A stretch of DNA of 15,320 bases from an uncultured Clostridia bacterium (GTDB lineage: Bacteria > Bacillota > Clostridia > TANB77 > RGIG9151). The stretch covers positions 1-15,320 of the forward strand of contig CAKSUD010000037.1 of NCBI GenBank assembly GCA_934500865.1, given 5' to 3'. Positions 1 to 8,156 of this stretch are shown here, one piece after another (the first letter of the stretch is position 1; each line of letters starts with the position of its first letter). The position numbers and the translations under genes are program-made. The notes under the pieces are model-generated. The model saw nothing but the letters and a program-made list of their open reading frames with translations, had not been told where the DNA came from and made no database searches.

Positions 1-1
1 A

Positions 2-343
2 GATGTAATAACAAAAATATGCATACTACTTGCTATTGCTGTTCTTATATTGGTTGGACTTATAAATATGATGGTAGTCTCAATAAGTGAGATAAAAAAT
101 GCAAAGCAACAAATATATAATACTAGTATGCCTAAAGCTTCCTCTACACAACCAAAAGTAGAGGCACCAGTAAAATCACCTCAAAATAATGCAGAGAAAT
201 TTAATTCGGCTGATTTTGAAGATAAGAAAGCAAATTTACAAGAAGAATTAGGCAAGATAGAATTTGATGAAGAAAAGCTGAATGAATTACTAAATGAATT
301 TGTGAAAGCATTAGAAGAATATAAGGCTTCAGTAACAAATTAA
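2..343 (+). CDS. Hypothetical membrane-anchored protein, 5'-truncated by the window edge (hydrophobic helix followed by a Lys/Glu-rich C-terminal tail)
   Basis: The frame of ORF 50..343 stays open back to base 2 (DVITKICILLAIAVLILVGLINMMVV...), so the listed TTG at 50 is probably internal. It has one hydrophobic segment, then a low-complexity stretch (STQPKVEAPVKSPQNN) and a charged helical tail. Stop is TAA at 341-343. I recognise no family. Confidence 0.45.
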   Translation, partial: DVITKICILLAIAVLILVGLINMMVVSISEIKNAKQQIYNTSMPKASSTQPKVEAPVKSPQNNAEKFNSADFEDKKANLQEELGKIEFDEEKLNELLNEFVKALEEYKASVTN

Positions 344-415
344 CTTAATATTAAAATGTGTGTAATTGTTTTGTAACAATAATGATGTATTATGGTATGG
401 GAAGGAATGAGTTTT

Positions 416-883
416 ATGAAAAAAGTATTTATTATATTATTATTTTTAATAATGTTTTCCATAAACGATACATCGTTTGCTTTTTATGAGAGTTTACCTA
501 AAGACATAGGTAGTAATTCTAGTATAATGGAAATTGTTAATCCAGAGGAAAAAGACAGCATTAATTACTCTGATTCATATGTTATTTCTTGTACTGCTGA
601 GCCGGGAACGGAGATAACATTATATGAGAGATACGATGATACTTTATATGTACCTATGATGTTAGATAATGAGGCAATAACGAGTGTTGTTGGAGATTCT
701 GGGTTGTTTCTGTTCACATTAACGTTTAAGCCTAATAGCAAAAACAGAATTATGTTTTTTGCACAAAACGGAACAAAGTACCAAACAGAATTTAGGACAA
801 TATCCATAAAAGAGAAGGAAGAAGAAGAGACTATCGAATATAAAGTTATGAATATAAGAGATTTTGTAGTTACAAAGCCTTAA
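416..883 (+). CDS. Hypothetical small secreted protein (signal peptide plus a beta-rich body and an acidic KEKEEEE tail)
   Basis: ATG at 416 (MKKVFIILLFLIMFSINDTSFA) follows GGAAGGA at about 401-407, which is a better start than the listed 392. The N-terminus is a classic signal peptide ending in an SFA-type cleavage site. No family recognised. Confidence 0.55.
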   Translation: MKKVFIILLFLIMFSINDTSFAFYESLPKDIGSNSSIMEIVNPEEKDSINYSDSYVISCTAEPGTEITLYERYDDTLYVPMMLDNEAITSVVGDSGLFLFTLTFKPNSKNRIMFFAQNGTKYQTEFRTISIKEKEEEETIEYKVMNIRDFVVTKP

Positions 884-903
884 TATGGAGATAAATAAAA
901 AAT

Positions 904-2310
904 ATGCGCGTAGTTGAAAATTTAAAGTCAATGATTTTGACTGCATTAATAATATCTAGTTTGGTTTTGACAGGAAGTCTGTGGTTTGATAATTACCAGG
1001 GACTTTCTTTTGCTATCTCTAAAATTCCAGATTTCTTTTTAAATGAGATAGACCAAGAGGAATATTCTAAGATTTATGAAGAAATAATTTTGCCATACAA
1101 AGTTACTGTTATTAATCCGGACGAAAATAAATGGATTGCATATAGTTCTGATAAAATGAATCAAGATGCTTGGAATATACTTAAAAATAGAATTTCTAAT
1201 TTGTCACAGGATACAGAGATAATCACCGGTAAAATTAAGGAATGGGACGATTTAATTAATAGAAAGTCAATAATACTTGAATTTGGTGGGCCGATTGATG
1301 AAGAAGTTTTAGCTTTGGCTATTCCTAATTTGCCTAAAAATACAGAAGCCTTTAAAAATGTTGAGATGTTTTCCATTACTAAGTCTTTAGCCGGTAACAC
1401 AATTTATATAATGCAAAATGATAAGGGCGTAAGAAGTTTATATAAAGTATTATTAAAAGGTGAAGATGATGAAATAAAGACTTTTATGCAAAGCTGTGAA
1501 AATATGAAAGCAGATGTAAAGTATGTTACACTTGAGACTCTAGGAATTAGTAAGTTTTATAATAATAAAAGCATTATAGGTTCTAAAAATGTTTTGTTCC
1601 CGATTACTAATCAAAAAGACAAGCGTGATATGGTTACAAAAATTAATGTTAAAAAACATTTTAATACTGAAGACGAATATTCTATGGGGAAGTTTGTAAC
1701 AGACATTTTTAATAATACTGATTTTGCAAAGTTTGTTACAAATGATAATGGAAAAATATATATAAATGATGATAAAAGTTCAATAAAGCTAGAGAACGAT
1801 GGAATTGTTGAATACATTAATAATGCAAAAGTTAGTGAGGACGATTCTTCAACTAGTAAAGATTTTAATGTTGCATTAGACTTTATTAATAATATGAAGG
1901 TATTTGAAAACTTCTTTTTACTAAGCGCGGTAGAGAATGAAGGTACATATACTTTTGATTTCTATGTAGCGACTGACGGAGTTATGGCTGGATTCTCTAA
2001 ACCAATTATAGAAGAAAATAGATATGCAATAATGGAAGTAAAGGTACAAAATGGCGAAATTCGTTATTTTAAGGGCAAACTTATAGATATAGAAGTGACT
2101 AATCAAAAAGCTTATGTTTCTAAAATTACTCATAATATTTTAGACAATTTACTAAAAGAAGTGGAGAACAGTAGCAAGATAAATATATCTGAATTGGAAC
2201 TTATTTATGATGTCACAAATGAAGGAAGCTATTATCCTGCTTGGATAACGGAATATAATTTGAATAAAGAAGAAAGTGGAATTAGCATTATATCTGTAAC
2301 TAATAAGTGA
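904..2310 (+). CDS. YycH (WalH)-like regulatory protein: N-terminal membrane anchor plus a large extracytoplasmic domain
   Basis: The 468-aa product has an N-terminus (ENLKSMILTALIISSLVLTGSLWF) that resembles the remembered YycH N-terminus (ENIK..ILL..L...SLV.T...W). Size (about 450 aa) and single-anchor topology fit. It sits immediately upstream of a YycI-like gene, with its TGA stop overlapping the GTG at 2307. Confidence 0.55.
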   Translation: MRVVENLKSMILTALIISSLVLTGSLWFDNYQGLSFAISKIPDFFLNEIDQEEYSKIYEEIILPYKVTVINPDENKWIAYSSDKMNQDAWNILKNRISNLSQDTEIITGKIKEWDDLINRKSIILEFGGPIDEEVLALAIPNLPKNTEAFKNVEMFSITKSLAGNTIYIMQNDKGVRSLYKVLLKGEDDEIKTFMQSCENMKADVKYVTLETLGISKFYNNKSIIGSKNVLFPITNQKDKRDMVTKINVKKHFNTEDEYSMGKFVTDIFNNTDFAKFVTNDNGKIYINDDKSSIKLENDGIVEYINNAKVSEDDSSTSKDFNVALDFINNMKVFENFFLLSAVENEGTYTFDFYVATDGVMAGFSKPIIEENRYAIMEVKVQNGEIRYFKGKLIDIEVTNQKAYVSKITHNILDNLLKEVENSSKINISELELIYDVTNEGSYYPAWITEYNLNKEESGISIISVTNK

Positions 2311-2327
2311 TAGGAGATGAGTCTTTC

Positions 2328-2849
2328 GTGGAATGGAAATGGGTAAAAAGTTTTCTTATTTTAGTTTTTATAATATTGAATTGCTTTTTGGGGTATAAAG
2401 TTTACCAGCGAAACCAAGCTGTTACAGTTAATGCTGAAAGTATAGAATCGATACGTTCGATATTAGATGCTAGAAATATAAAATGTGATTTTGATTTGGC
2501 TAAAGTGGAGACTAGGGGATATATGAGAAAGATAAGCATAAGCAATAGTGAAAATATTGAACCTAAGTTTATTTTCATAAGTGAAATCATAAATGATAAA
2601 GATATATATATAGGTAGAAATAGAAGTGTATTATCATTTCCTATAATTTTAACTAATTTTATAAGAGATATGAAATTTGAAAATATAACAATAAAAGAAA
2701 TTGTTTTGGGATACTATCCGGAAATGAGCCAAATAGATAAAACAGTATTATCCGGAGAGGCTATACCGGCTTGGAGGATAGTGTTAGAAGATGGAACTGA
2801 GTATATATATAATGCATATTTAGGAGAACAAATGAATAAAATGCATTAA
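2328..2849 (+). CDS. YycI (WalI)-like protein, short form (about 173 aa)
   Basis: GTG at 2328 lies 11 nt after AGGAG (2312-2316). It gives M-EWKWVKSFLILVFIILNCFLGYKVYQ, close to the remembered YycI N-terminus (MDWNKTK.IFIVAFLILNVFLGYQ). The alternative start is GTG 2307, in a GTGA overlap with the upstream stop. The protein is shorter than the B. subtilis one (about 280 aa). Confidence 0.55.
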   Translation: MEWKWVKSFLILVFIILNCFLGYKVYQRNQAVTVNAESIESIRSILDARNIKCDFDLAKVETRGYMRKISISNSENIEPKFIFISEIINDKDIYIGRNRSVLSFPIILTNFIRDMKFENITIKEIVLGYYPEMSQIDKTVLSGEAIPAWRIVLEDGTEYIYNAYLGEQMNKMH

Positions 2850-2883
2850 AAAAGAATTCTGAATTAGCAGAATTCTTTTTTTA
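2848..2883. terminator. Bidirectional intrinsic terminator between the convergent yycI-like and abrB-like genes
   Basis: AGAATTCTG (2853-2861) pairs with CAGAATTCT (2868-2876) across a 6-nt loop. An A-run flanks it on the left and a T-run on the right, so a T-tract follows the hairpin on either strand. Confidence 0.7.
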
Positions 2884-2887
2884 ATGG

Positions 2888-3130
2888 TTATGCTTTTTTC
2901 ATTTCACTTAAGCAAGAAGCACAAATGTTTTTACCTTTGAAATTAACGATATCTTTTGCATTTCCGCAGAAGATGCAATCTGGCTCATATTTTTTAAGTA
3001 TTACTGTGTTTCCATCAACATAAATTTCTAATGCATCTTTTTCTTCAATATTAAGATTACGTCTTAATTCGATAGGTAAAACAACACGACCTAATTCGTC
3101 AACTTTTCTAACTATACCTGTAGATTTCAT
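2888..3130 (-). CDS. abrB: AbrB/MazE/SpoVT-family transition-state regulator with a Cys4 C-terminal tail
   Basis: MKSTGIVRKVDELGRVVLPIELRRNLNIEEKDALEIYVDGNTVILKKY is near-identical in pattern to the B. subtilis AbrB N-terminal DNA-binding domain. The C-terminus carries CIFC-x14-CASC. GGGAGG precedes the ATG, and the stop is TAA. Confidence 0.9.
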   Translation of the reverse strand: MKSTGIVRKVDELGRVVLPIELRRNLNIEEKDALEIYVDGNTVILKKYEPDCIFCGNAKDIVNFKGKNICASCLSEMKKA

Positions 3131-3156
3131 ATTAATTCCTCCCTTTTAACTAGACA

Positions 3157-3185
3157 ATATTATCATAAATGGGAAATAAAGTCAA
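3157..3185 (-). promoter_or_regulatory. Putative sigma-A promoter of the abrB-like gene
   Basis: On the minus strand: TTGACT (rc of 3180-3185), a 17-nt spacer, then TAATAT (rc of 3157-3162) preceded by TGa (extended -10). It lies about 25 nt upstream of the ATG. Confidence 0.5.
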
Positions 3186-3218
3186 TATGTATTATGCTAA
3201 TTATTATTATTTTTTATA

Positions 3219-3247
3219 TTGAAGAATTGGTCGAAATTTGTTACACT
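3219..3247 (+). promoter_or_regulatory. Possible sigma-A promoter of the nfeD-SPFH operon
   Basis: TTGAAG (3219-3224), a 17-nt spacer, then TACACT (3242-3247) preceded by TGt. This is a weak match to consensus. Confidence 0.3.
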
Positions 3248-3271
3248 TAAATAGTGAGGGAGGTGATTTTT

Positions 3272-3703
3272 TTGGCTATCGTTTGGCTAATTATTGCTGC
3301 AATTATGCTTATTGGTGAGTTTATATGCCCTATATTTTTTATGTTTTGGTTTGCAATTGGCGCGTTAGTAGCTTTGGCTACAACACTTGTAACCTCCAAC
3401 ATTACAGTTCAAATAGTAGTTTTCTTAGTGGTTTCTGTTATTTTGACTATTTTTATAAAACCACTTACAACTAAACTTTTTAAGAATGAGACAAAAGATG
3501 AACTAAATATGAACGGAATAATAGGAAAAACAGCTAAAGTTATTGAAACTATTGATAATATAAACGGAAAAGGAAGAGTAAAAATTAATGGTGAAATATG
3601 GACAGCAGTAAATGAAAATGAAAGTGAAATAATTTCGCCTGATGAACTTGTTAATATTATTAAAGTTGATGGTGTAAAGCTCATTGTAAAAAAGGTGGAC
3701 TAA
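3272..3703 (+). CDS. NfeD-family membrane protein, short form (membrane helices plus a C-terminal OB-fold domain, no protease domain)
   Basis: The N-terminal half is hydrophobic. The soluble C-terminus (GKTAKVIETIDNINGKGRVKINGEIWTAVNENESEIISPDELVNIIKVDGVKLIVKK) has the typical NfeD beta-barrel pattern, and the gene sits directly upstream of an SPFH gene. TTG 3272 lies 8 nt after GGAGG (3259-3263); the listed GTG 3254 sits inside or upstream of the RBS. Confidence 0.75.
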   Translation: MAIVWLIIAAIMLIGEFICPIFFMFWFAIGALVALATTLVTSNITVQIVVFLVVSVILTIFIKPLTTKLFKNETKDELNMNGIIGKTAKVIETIDNINGKGRVKINGEIWTAVNENESEIISPDELVNIIKVDGVKLIVKKVD

Positions 3704-3739
3704 AGTCCATAGAAAAAATAATTAAAGGAGAGAATGGAT

Positions 3740-4675
3740 ATGGAACAAGTAGTAATTTGGACAATTATTATAATTGCTGTCCTTTGGATTGTTCTTCATA
3801 AGTCTGTAAAGATAGTAAGAACATCTGAAGTGCAAATCGTTGAGAAGTTTGGTAAGTATAGTCGTACTTTAACAGCGGGACTTAATTTTATTAATCCTAT
3901 AACTGATAGAGTGTCTCAAATTGTAGATTTAAAACAACAGATTATGGATGTACCTCCTCAAGGTGTTATTACAAAGGATAATGTTACTATTAGAATTGAC
4001 ACGGTAGTTTTCTATAAGGTTACAGACCCTGAGAAAGCTGTTTACCAAATTGGTTCTAACTTACGTACAGGTATTGCAAACATTGCGATAACAACTATAA
4101 GAGATATTATTGGTAAAATGGACTTGGATGATACTTTCTGTTCAAGAGATATGATTAATGACCAATTAAGACAAATCTTAGATGAAGCTACTGACCAATG
4201 GGGATGTAAAGTTGAAAGAGTTGAAGTAAAAGATATTACTCCTCCACCGGATATTAGAGATGCGATGGAAAAACAAATGAATGCTGAAAGAACTAAGAGA
4301 GCTAAAATTCTTGATGCTGAGGGTGAAAGACAAAGTTCAATTACTCGTGCAGAAGGTGAAAAGGAAGCTCAAATCTTAAGGGCGGAAGCTGAAAAGCAAT
4401 CTAATATTCGCCGTGCTGAAGGTGTTAAAGAAGCTAAGATACTAGAAGCTACTGGTGAATCAGAAGCGATTCGTCAAATTGCTGAAGCGAAGGCTAGAGA
4501 AATAGAGCTAGTTTATGGAGCAATAAGGGATGCTAAACCAGATGAAAAGCTTGTTGCTATTAAGTCTTTAGAGGCACTTGAAAAAGTTGCTGACGGTCAA
4601 GCAAACAAAGTATTTATTCCATTTGATGCTACTAAGACATTAGCTTCTGTAAGTGCATTATTTGAAGCTAAGTAA
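3740..4675 (+). CDS. SPFH/band-7 (stomatin/prohibitin-like) membrane protein
   Basis: An N-terminal anchor is followed by an SPFH core (VKIVRTSEVQIVEKFGKYSRTLTAGLNFINP...DNVTIRIDTVVFYKVTDPEKAVY) and an Ala/Glu-rich coiled-coil tail (RAEGEKEAQILRAEAEKQSNIRRAEG...). ATG 3740 lies 9 nt after GGAG; ATG 3734 is too close to the RBS. Confidence 0.9.
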   Translation: MEQVVIWTIIIIAVLWIVLHKSVKIVRTSEVQIVEKFGKYSRTLTAGLNFINPITDRVSQIVDLKQQIMDVPPQGVITKDNVTIRIDTVVFYKVTDPEKAVYQIGSNLRTGIANIAITTIRDIIGKMDLDDTFCSRDMINDQLRQILDEATDQWGCKVERVEVKDITPPPDIRDAMEKQMNAERTKRAKILDAEGERQSSITRAEGEKEAQILRAEAEKQSNIRRAEGVKEAKILEATGESEAIRQIAEAKAREIELVYGAIRDAKPDEKLVAIKSLEALEKVADGQANKVFIPFDATKTLASVSALFEAK

Positions 4676-4688
4676 ACATGATATTTTT

Positions 4689-4723
4689 AACGGACAATTT
4701 ATTTAGTTGTCCGTTATTTTTTT
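4689..4723 (+). terminator. Intrinsic terminator of the nfeD-SPFH operon
   Basis: AACGGACAA (4689-4697) pairs with TTGTCCGTT (4707-4715) and is followed by ATTTTTTT. Confidence 0.8.
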
Positions 4724-4743
4724 GTCGAAAATCGTCATAATGT

Positions 4744-4772
4744 TTGGCTTGAAAATGAATATTTCATACAAT
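4744..4772 (+). promoter_or_regulatory. Putative sigma-A-type promoter upstream of spoIIIAA
   Basis: TTGGCT (4744-4749), a 17-nt spacer, then TACAAT (4767-4772). The -10 is embedded in CATACAAT, which also resembles a sigma-E -10, but no properly spaced sigma-E -35 is present. Confidence 0.4.
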
Positions 4773-4797
4773 AAAATATTTGTATGGAGGATTAAAA

Positions 4798-5670
4798 ATG
4801 GAAGAAAGAATAAAAAACGAAATTTTGAAATATTTCCCTATACAAATTAGAGATTGTATAATAAAAAATGCAAATTACAAGTTAAAAGATATAAGAGAAA
4901 TAAGAATTAGAGTTAATAAACCTGTTATTTTAAAGACTTTTTCTAATGATATAGTTATTGATAATGTAAATATAGATAAAGAAACTATTAGCAAGATTTT
5001 TGAATGTATATGTGGAAATTCAATATATGCATTTACTGACGAAATATCTAATGGTTTTGTTACTATATTTGGCGGGCATAGAGTCGGAATTTCGGGTAAA
5101 CCGCTATATAAGGATGGAAAGATTTATAATATAAAAGATGTGTCTAGCCTTAATTTTAGGGTGGCAAGACAAGTTATTGGTGCAGGAGATAAAATAATAA
5201 ATTTAATAAAGAAAAATGGGATTTTTGAGAATACTTTGATTATATCTCCACCTGGAGTAGGGAAAACGACTGTGCTTAGGGATATTGTACGGCAGATAAG
5301 TAATAGCGGATATGAAGTTAGCCTTATAGATGAGAGAACAGAAATTGCAGCCTGTTTTAATGGGATTCCCCAAAATGATGTTGGTAAACGAACTGATGTG
5401 ATGGATGGAGTAAATAAGGATGACGGAATTAGGATGATGGTACGTTCTATGCGACCGGATTTTGTTGCGACTGATGAGATCGGAACAGATGATGATGCAG
5501 AAGCTATAATGTATGCAATAAATTCCGGGGTTAAAGTGATTGCAACGGCACACGGAAATAATATTCAAGATTTAAACAGGAGCGAGGGACTAAAAAAAAT
5601 TATAGAACATGGACTTTTTAAGAAGATTATAGTGATGAGTAATACAGGAGTGACGGTTAAAGATTTTTAA
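4798..5670 (+). CDS. spoIIIAA: Stage III sporulation protein AA homologue (SpoIIIAA-type P-loop ATPase)
   Basis: Collinear similarity to remembered B. subtilis SpoIIIAA: EIRIRVNKPV, GFVTIFGGHRVGISG, NFRVARQ, Walker A SPPGVGKTTVLRD, IDERTEIAACFNGIPQNDVGKRTDV, MMVRSMRPD, Walker B FVATDEIG and IATAHG. ATG 4798 lies 7 nt after GGAGG (4786-4790). Confidence 0.85.
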   Translation: MEERIKNEILKYFPIQIRDCIIKNANYKLKDIREIRIRVNKPVILKTFSNDIVIDNVNIDKETISKIFECICGNSIYAFTDEISNGFVTIFGGHRVGISGKPLYKDGKIYNIKDVSSLNFRVARQVIGAGDKIINLIKKNGIFENTLIISPPGVGKTTVLRDIVRQISNSGYEVSLIDERTEIAACFNGIPQNDVGKRTDVMDGVNKDDGIRMMVRSMRPDFVATDEIGTDDDAEAIMYAINSGVKVIATAHGNNIQDLNRSEGLKKIIEHGLFKKIIVMSNTGVTVKDF

Positions 5671-5730
5671 AAAAGTTGTTTATTTTTAAAAATTATGATA
5701 GGATGTCATATAGAGTGGGAGGGATTTCTT

Positions 5731-7428
5731 TTGACAAAACCGTATTACGAAAAGAGAGAAATTACAGATTTTAAGGATTTAATAAATCAAAGTGTAAGTA
5801 TATATGGAAATAAAAATGCTTTCTCCGTTAAAGGAATTATGGGAGAATATACAGGAATAAAGTATAGAGAATTAAAGAAAGATATAGATGCAGTAGGAAC
5901 TGAGTTTGTAAATATGGGATTAAAACACGAAAAAATAGCTGTTATCGGTGAAAACAGATATGAATGGTGTCTTACATATTTGGCTGTTACTTGCGGAACA
6001 GGTACTATTGTGCCATTAGATAAGGAATTGCCTGTAAATGAATTAAGATATTTGCTTGAAGTTTCAAAAGTGAAGGCGATAATTTTCTCTAATAAGATGA
6101 AGGATAAGCTTGCTGAGGCAGTCGTTGGCTTAAAAGATATTAAATATTTTATAAATATGGATATTCCTGATGATGCAGAAGGGTGTTTGTCTTTTAAGAA
6201 GCTAATGAAGAAGGGGAATGACTTAATTAGAATTGGTGATAAGAAATTTATTAATGCAAAGGTTAATCCTGATGAGCCTACTATTTTATTGTTTACATCT
6301 GGAACAACCGGTCTTGCAAAGGGTGTTATGCTTTCTCAAAGAAATGTATGCTCCGATATAGTTGCTACGTCTATGGTGGTAAATGTTACGGAAGATGATA
6401 TTAATTTATCTATTTTGCCATTGCATCATACATATGAATGTACTGTAAGTTTCTTATTGATGCTATATAACGGAGTCACAACTTCTTTCTGCGAAGGACT
6501 AAAACATATGGTTCAAAACTTAAAAGAAGTGCGTCCTACTGTAATGTTAGCTGTACCATTAATTTATGAAAATATCTATAAAAAGCTTTGGGAAACAGCT
6601 AGAAAAAATGGGAAAGAAGGAAAGTTAAAAACAGGCCTAAATATTAGCAAAATGGCTAGAATGGTGAATATAGATATTCGTAAAAAGCTATTTAAAGAAG
6701 TATTAGAGGCTTTTGGCGGAGATAGAATGAGAATTGCTATTGCAGGTGGAGCTGCTAGTAAACCGGAAGTTTTAAAGGGACTACAAGACTTGGGCTTTTT
6801 TGTAATGCAAGGATATGGACTTACTGAAGCATCCCCGATTGTGTTTGTTAATCATGTTCAAAAATATAAAAATGATTCTATTGGTTTGCCATTGCCTGGA
6901 GTTGAAGTAAAAATAGTTGAGCCTGATGCTAATGGAGTAGGTGAAATTTGGGTAAAGGGTCCTATGGTTATGAAGGGATACTTTGAAAACAAAGAAGCGA
7001 CTGATAAGGCATTAAAAGATGGTTGGCTAAATACAGGAGATTTAGGCTATAAGGATAAAGAAGATTATTATTATATAACAGGAAGAAAAAAGAATGTTAT
7101 TGTAACTAAGAATGGAAAAAACATTTTCCCTGAAGAGGTAGAAGCATACTTAAGTGAAAGTGAATACATAAAGGAATGTGTTGTTTATGGTAAAGAGGTT
7201 GAAAATGAGATTGAGCCTAAGGTATGTGCTATTATTGTTCCTGATTATGATGCAATAAGAAGAGACACTGAACGTTTTAATATGTCTGAGGAAGAATTGA
7301 GAAAATTAATAGAGTTGGAAGTTAAAAAAGCTAATAGAAAGATGCCATCCTATAAATATGTAAAAGAGTTTGAAATACAAGAAAAAGAATTTAATAAGAC
7401 AACTACGCATAAAATAAAAAGATGCTAA
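5731..7428 (+). CDS. AMP-dependent acyl-CoA synthetase/ligase (long-chain-fatty-acid--CoA ligase-like)
   Basis: AMP-binding signature LLFTSGTTGLAKGVMLSQRN, with QGYGLTEASP, TGDLGY and GRKKNVIVTKNGKNIFPEEVE. TTG 5731 follows GGGAGGGA (5717-5724); the listed ATG 5695 has no RBS. Confidence 0.85.
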   Translation: MTKPYYEKREITDFKDLINQSVSIYGNKNAFSVKGIMGEYTGIKYRELKKDIDAVGTEFVNMGLKHEKIAVIGENRYEWCLTYLAVTCGTGTIVPLDKELPVNELRYLLEVSKVKAIIFSNKMKDKLAEAVVGLKDIKYFINMDIPDDAEGCLSFKKLMKKGNDLIRIGDKKFINAKVNPDEPTILLFTSGTTGLAKGVMLSQRNVCSDIVATSMVVNVTEDDINLSILPLHHTYECTVSFLLMLYNGVTTSFCEGLKHMVQNLKEVRPTVMLAVPLIYENIYKKLWETARKNGKEGKLKTGLNISKMARMVNIDIRKKLFKEVLEAFGGDRMRIAIAGGAASKPEVLKGLQDLGFFVMQGYGLTEASPIVFVNHVQKYKNDSIGLPLPGVEVKIVEPDANGVGEIWVKGPMVMKGYFENKEATDKALKDGWLNTGDLGYKDKEDYYYITGRKKNVIVTKNGKNIFPEEVEAYLSESEYIKECVVYGKEVENEIEPKVCAIIVPDYDAIRRDTERFNMSEEELRKLIELEVKKANRKMPSYKYVKEFEIQEKEFNKTTTHKIKRC

Positions 7429-7442
7429 AGGAGGCTTTTAAA

Positions 7443-8072
7443 ATGGTAAAAATAACATTAGGAGATAAGGTTTTCGAAGTAGAAAAAGACACGAGAATAA
7501 TTGATTTTATGAACTCTTATGGAATAAGTAATCCTTCACCTGTACTAGGTGCGATTGTTAATAACGAATCTAGAAGTTTAAGACATAAATTAGATGAAGA
7601 TGCTGTTGTTAGTTTGATTGATTATACTACTTCTGAAGGTGTAAGCATTTACAGAAGAAGTTTGTTGTTCTTATTTATAAGGGTTTGTGAAGAATTATAT
7701 CCAGAGGCAAGTGTTGTAGTTGAACACTCTATTAATAAAGGTGTGTATTGTGAACTTCATAATTGCCCAGTCCCAATTAATGAGGAATTACGCAAGAAAA
7801 TTGAAGAGAGAATGAGAGAACTTGTTGTTGAGAAAATTCCTTTTATAAAGAGAAAAGTTTCTAAAGAGGAAGCTAAAAATATTTATATGAGCTTAGAACA
7901 ACCTGATAAAGTTGGAGTATTAGACACGCTAGATATGGATATGGTAACAATTTATTCGTTTGGCGATTGGAATGACTATTTTTATGGATACTTAGTTCCT
8001 AATTCAGGATATTTAACCATGTTTGAATTGAGACTATACGAAGGCGGATTCTTGATAAGATATCCTGAATAA
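7443..8072 (+). CDS. N-terminal fragment (TGS-like/ThrRS-type second additional domain) of a uridine-kinase-family fusion gene, ended by an in-frame TAA; the gene is probably disrupted
   Basis: ATG 7443 lies 8 nt after AAAGGAGG. The sequence MVKITLGDKVFEVEKDTRIIDF... is beta-grasp/TGS-like. The frame is the same as the downstream kinase ORF, and a single TAA at 8070-8072 separates them. Confidence 0.65.
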   Translation: MVKITLGDKVFEVEKDTRIIDFMNSYGISNPSPVLGAIVNNESRSLRHKLDEDAVVSLIDYTTSEGVSIYRRSLLFLFIRVCEELYPEASVVVEHSINKGVYCELHNCPVPINEELRKKIEERMRELVVEKIPFIKRKVSKEEAKNIYMSLEQPDKVGVLDTLDMDMVTIYSFGDWNDYFYGYLVPNSGYLTMFELRLYEGGFLIRYPE

Positions 8073-8156
8073 GGAGATTTTTATAAATTACCACCATATA
8101 ATGACCAAAAGAAACTTTTTGAGATATTTAGAGAGTTTAAGAGATGGAATAAGATT

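Noticed and set aside
3272-4675. NfeD-SPFH as a candidate novel or defence-type system
   Set aside because: This is the well-known conserved NfeD/stomatin operon in a housekeeping context, with no associated nuclease, protease or other effector-like genes.
4733-4772. A sigma-E-type sporulation promoter for spoIIIAA (CATACAAT at 4765-4772, GAATATT at 4757-4763, TCATAAT at 4735-4741)
   Set aside because: The -10-like octamer is good, but the candidate -35 elements are either directly adjacent or 23 nt away, not at the roughly 14-nt sigma-E spacing. A sigma-A reading (TTGGCT-17-TACAAT) fits the geometry better.
8070-8072. Stop-codon reassignment or programmed read-through of TAA
   Set aside because: TAA terminates most of the other genes in this window at positions consistent with full-length homologues. 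No recoding signal is evident, so a nonsense mutation or sequencing error is simpler.
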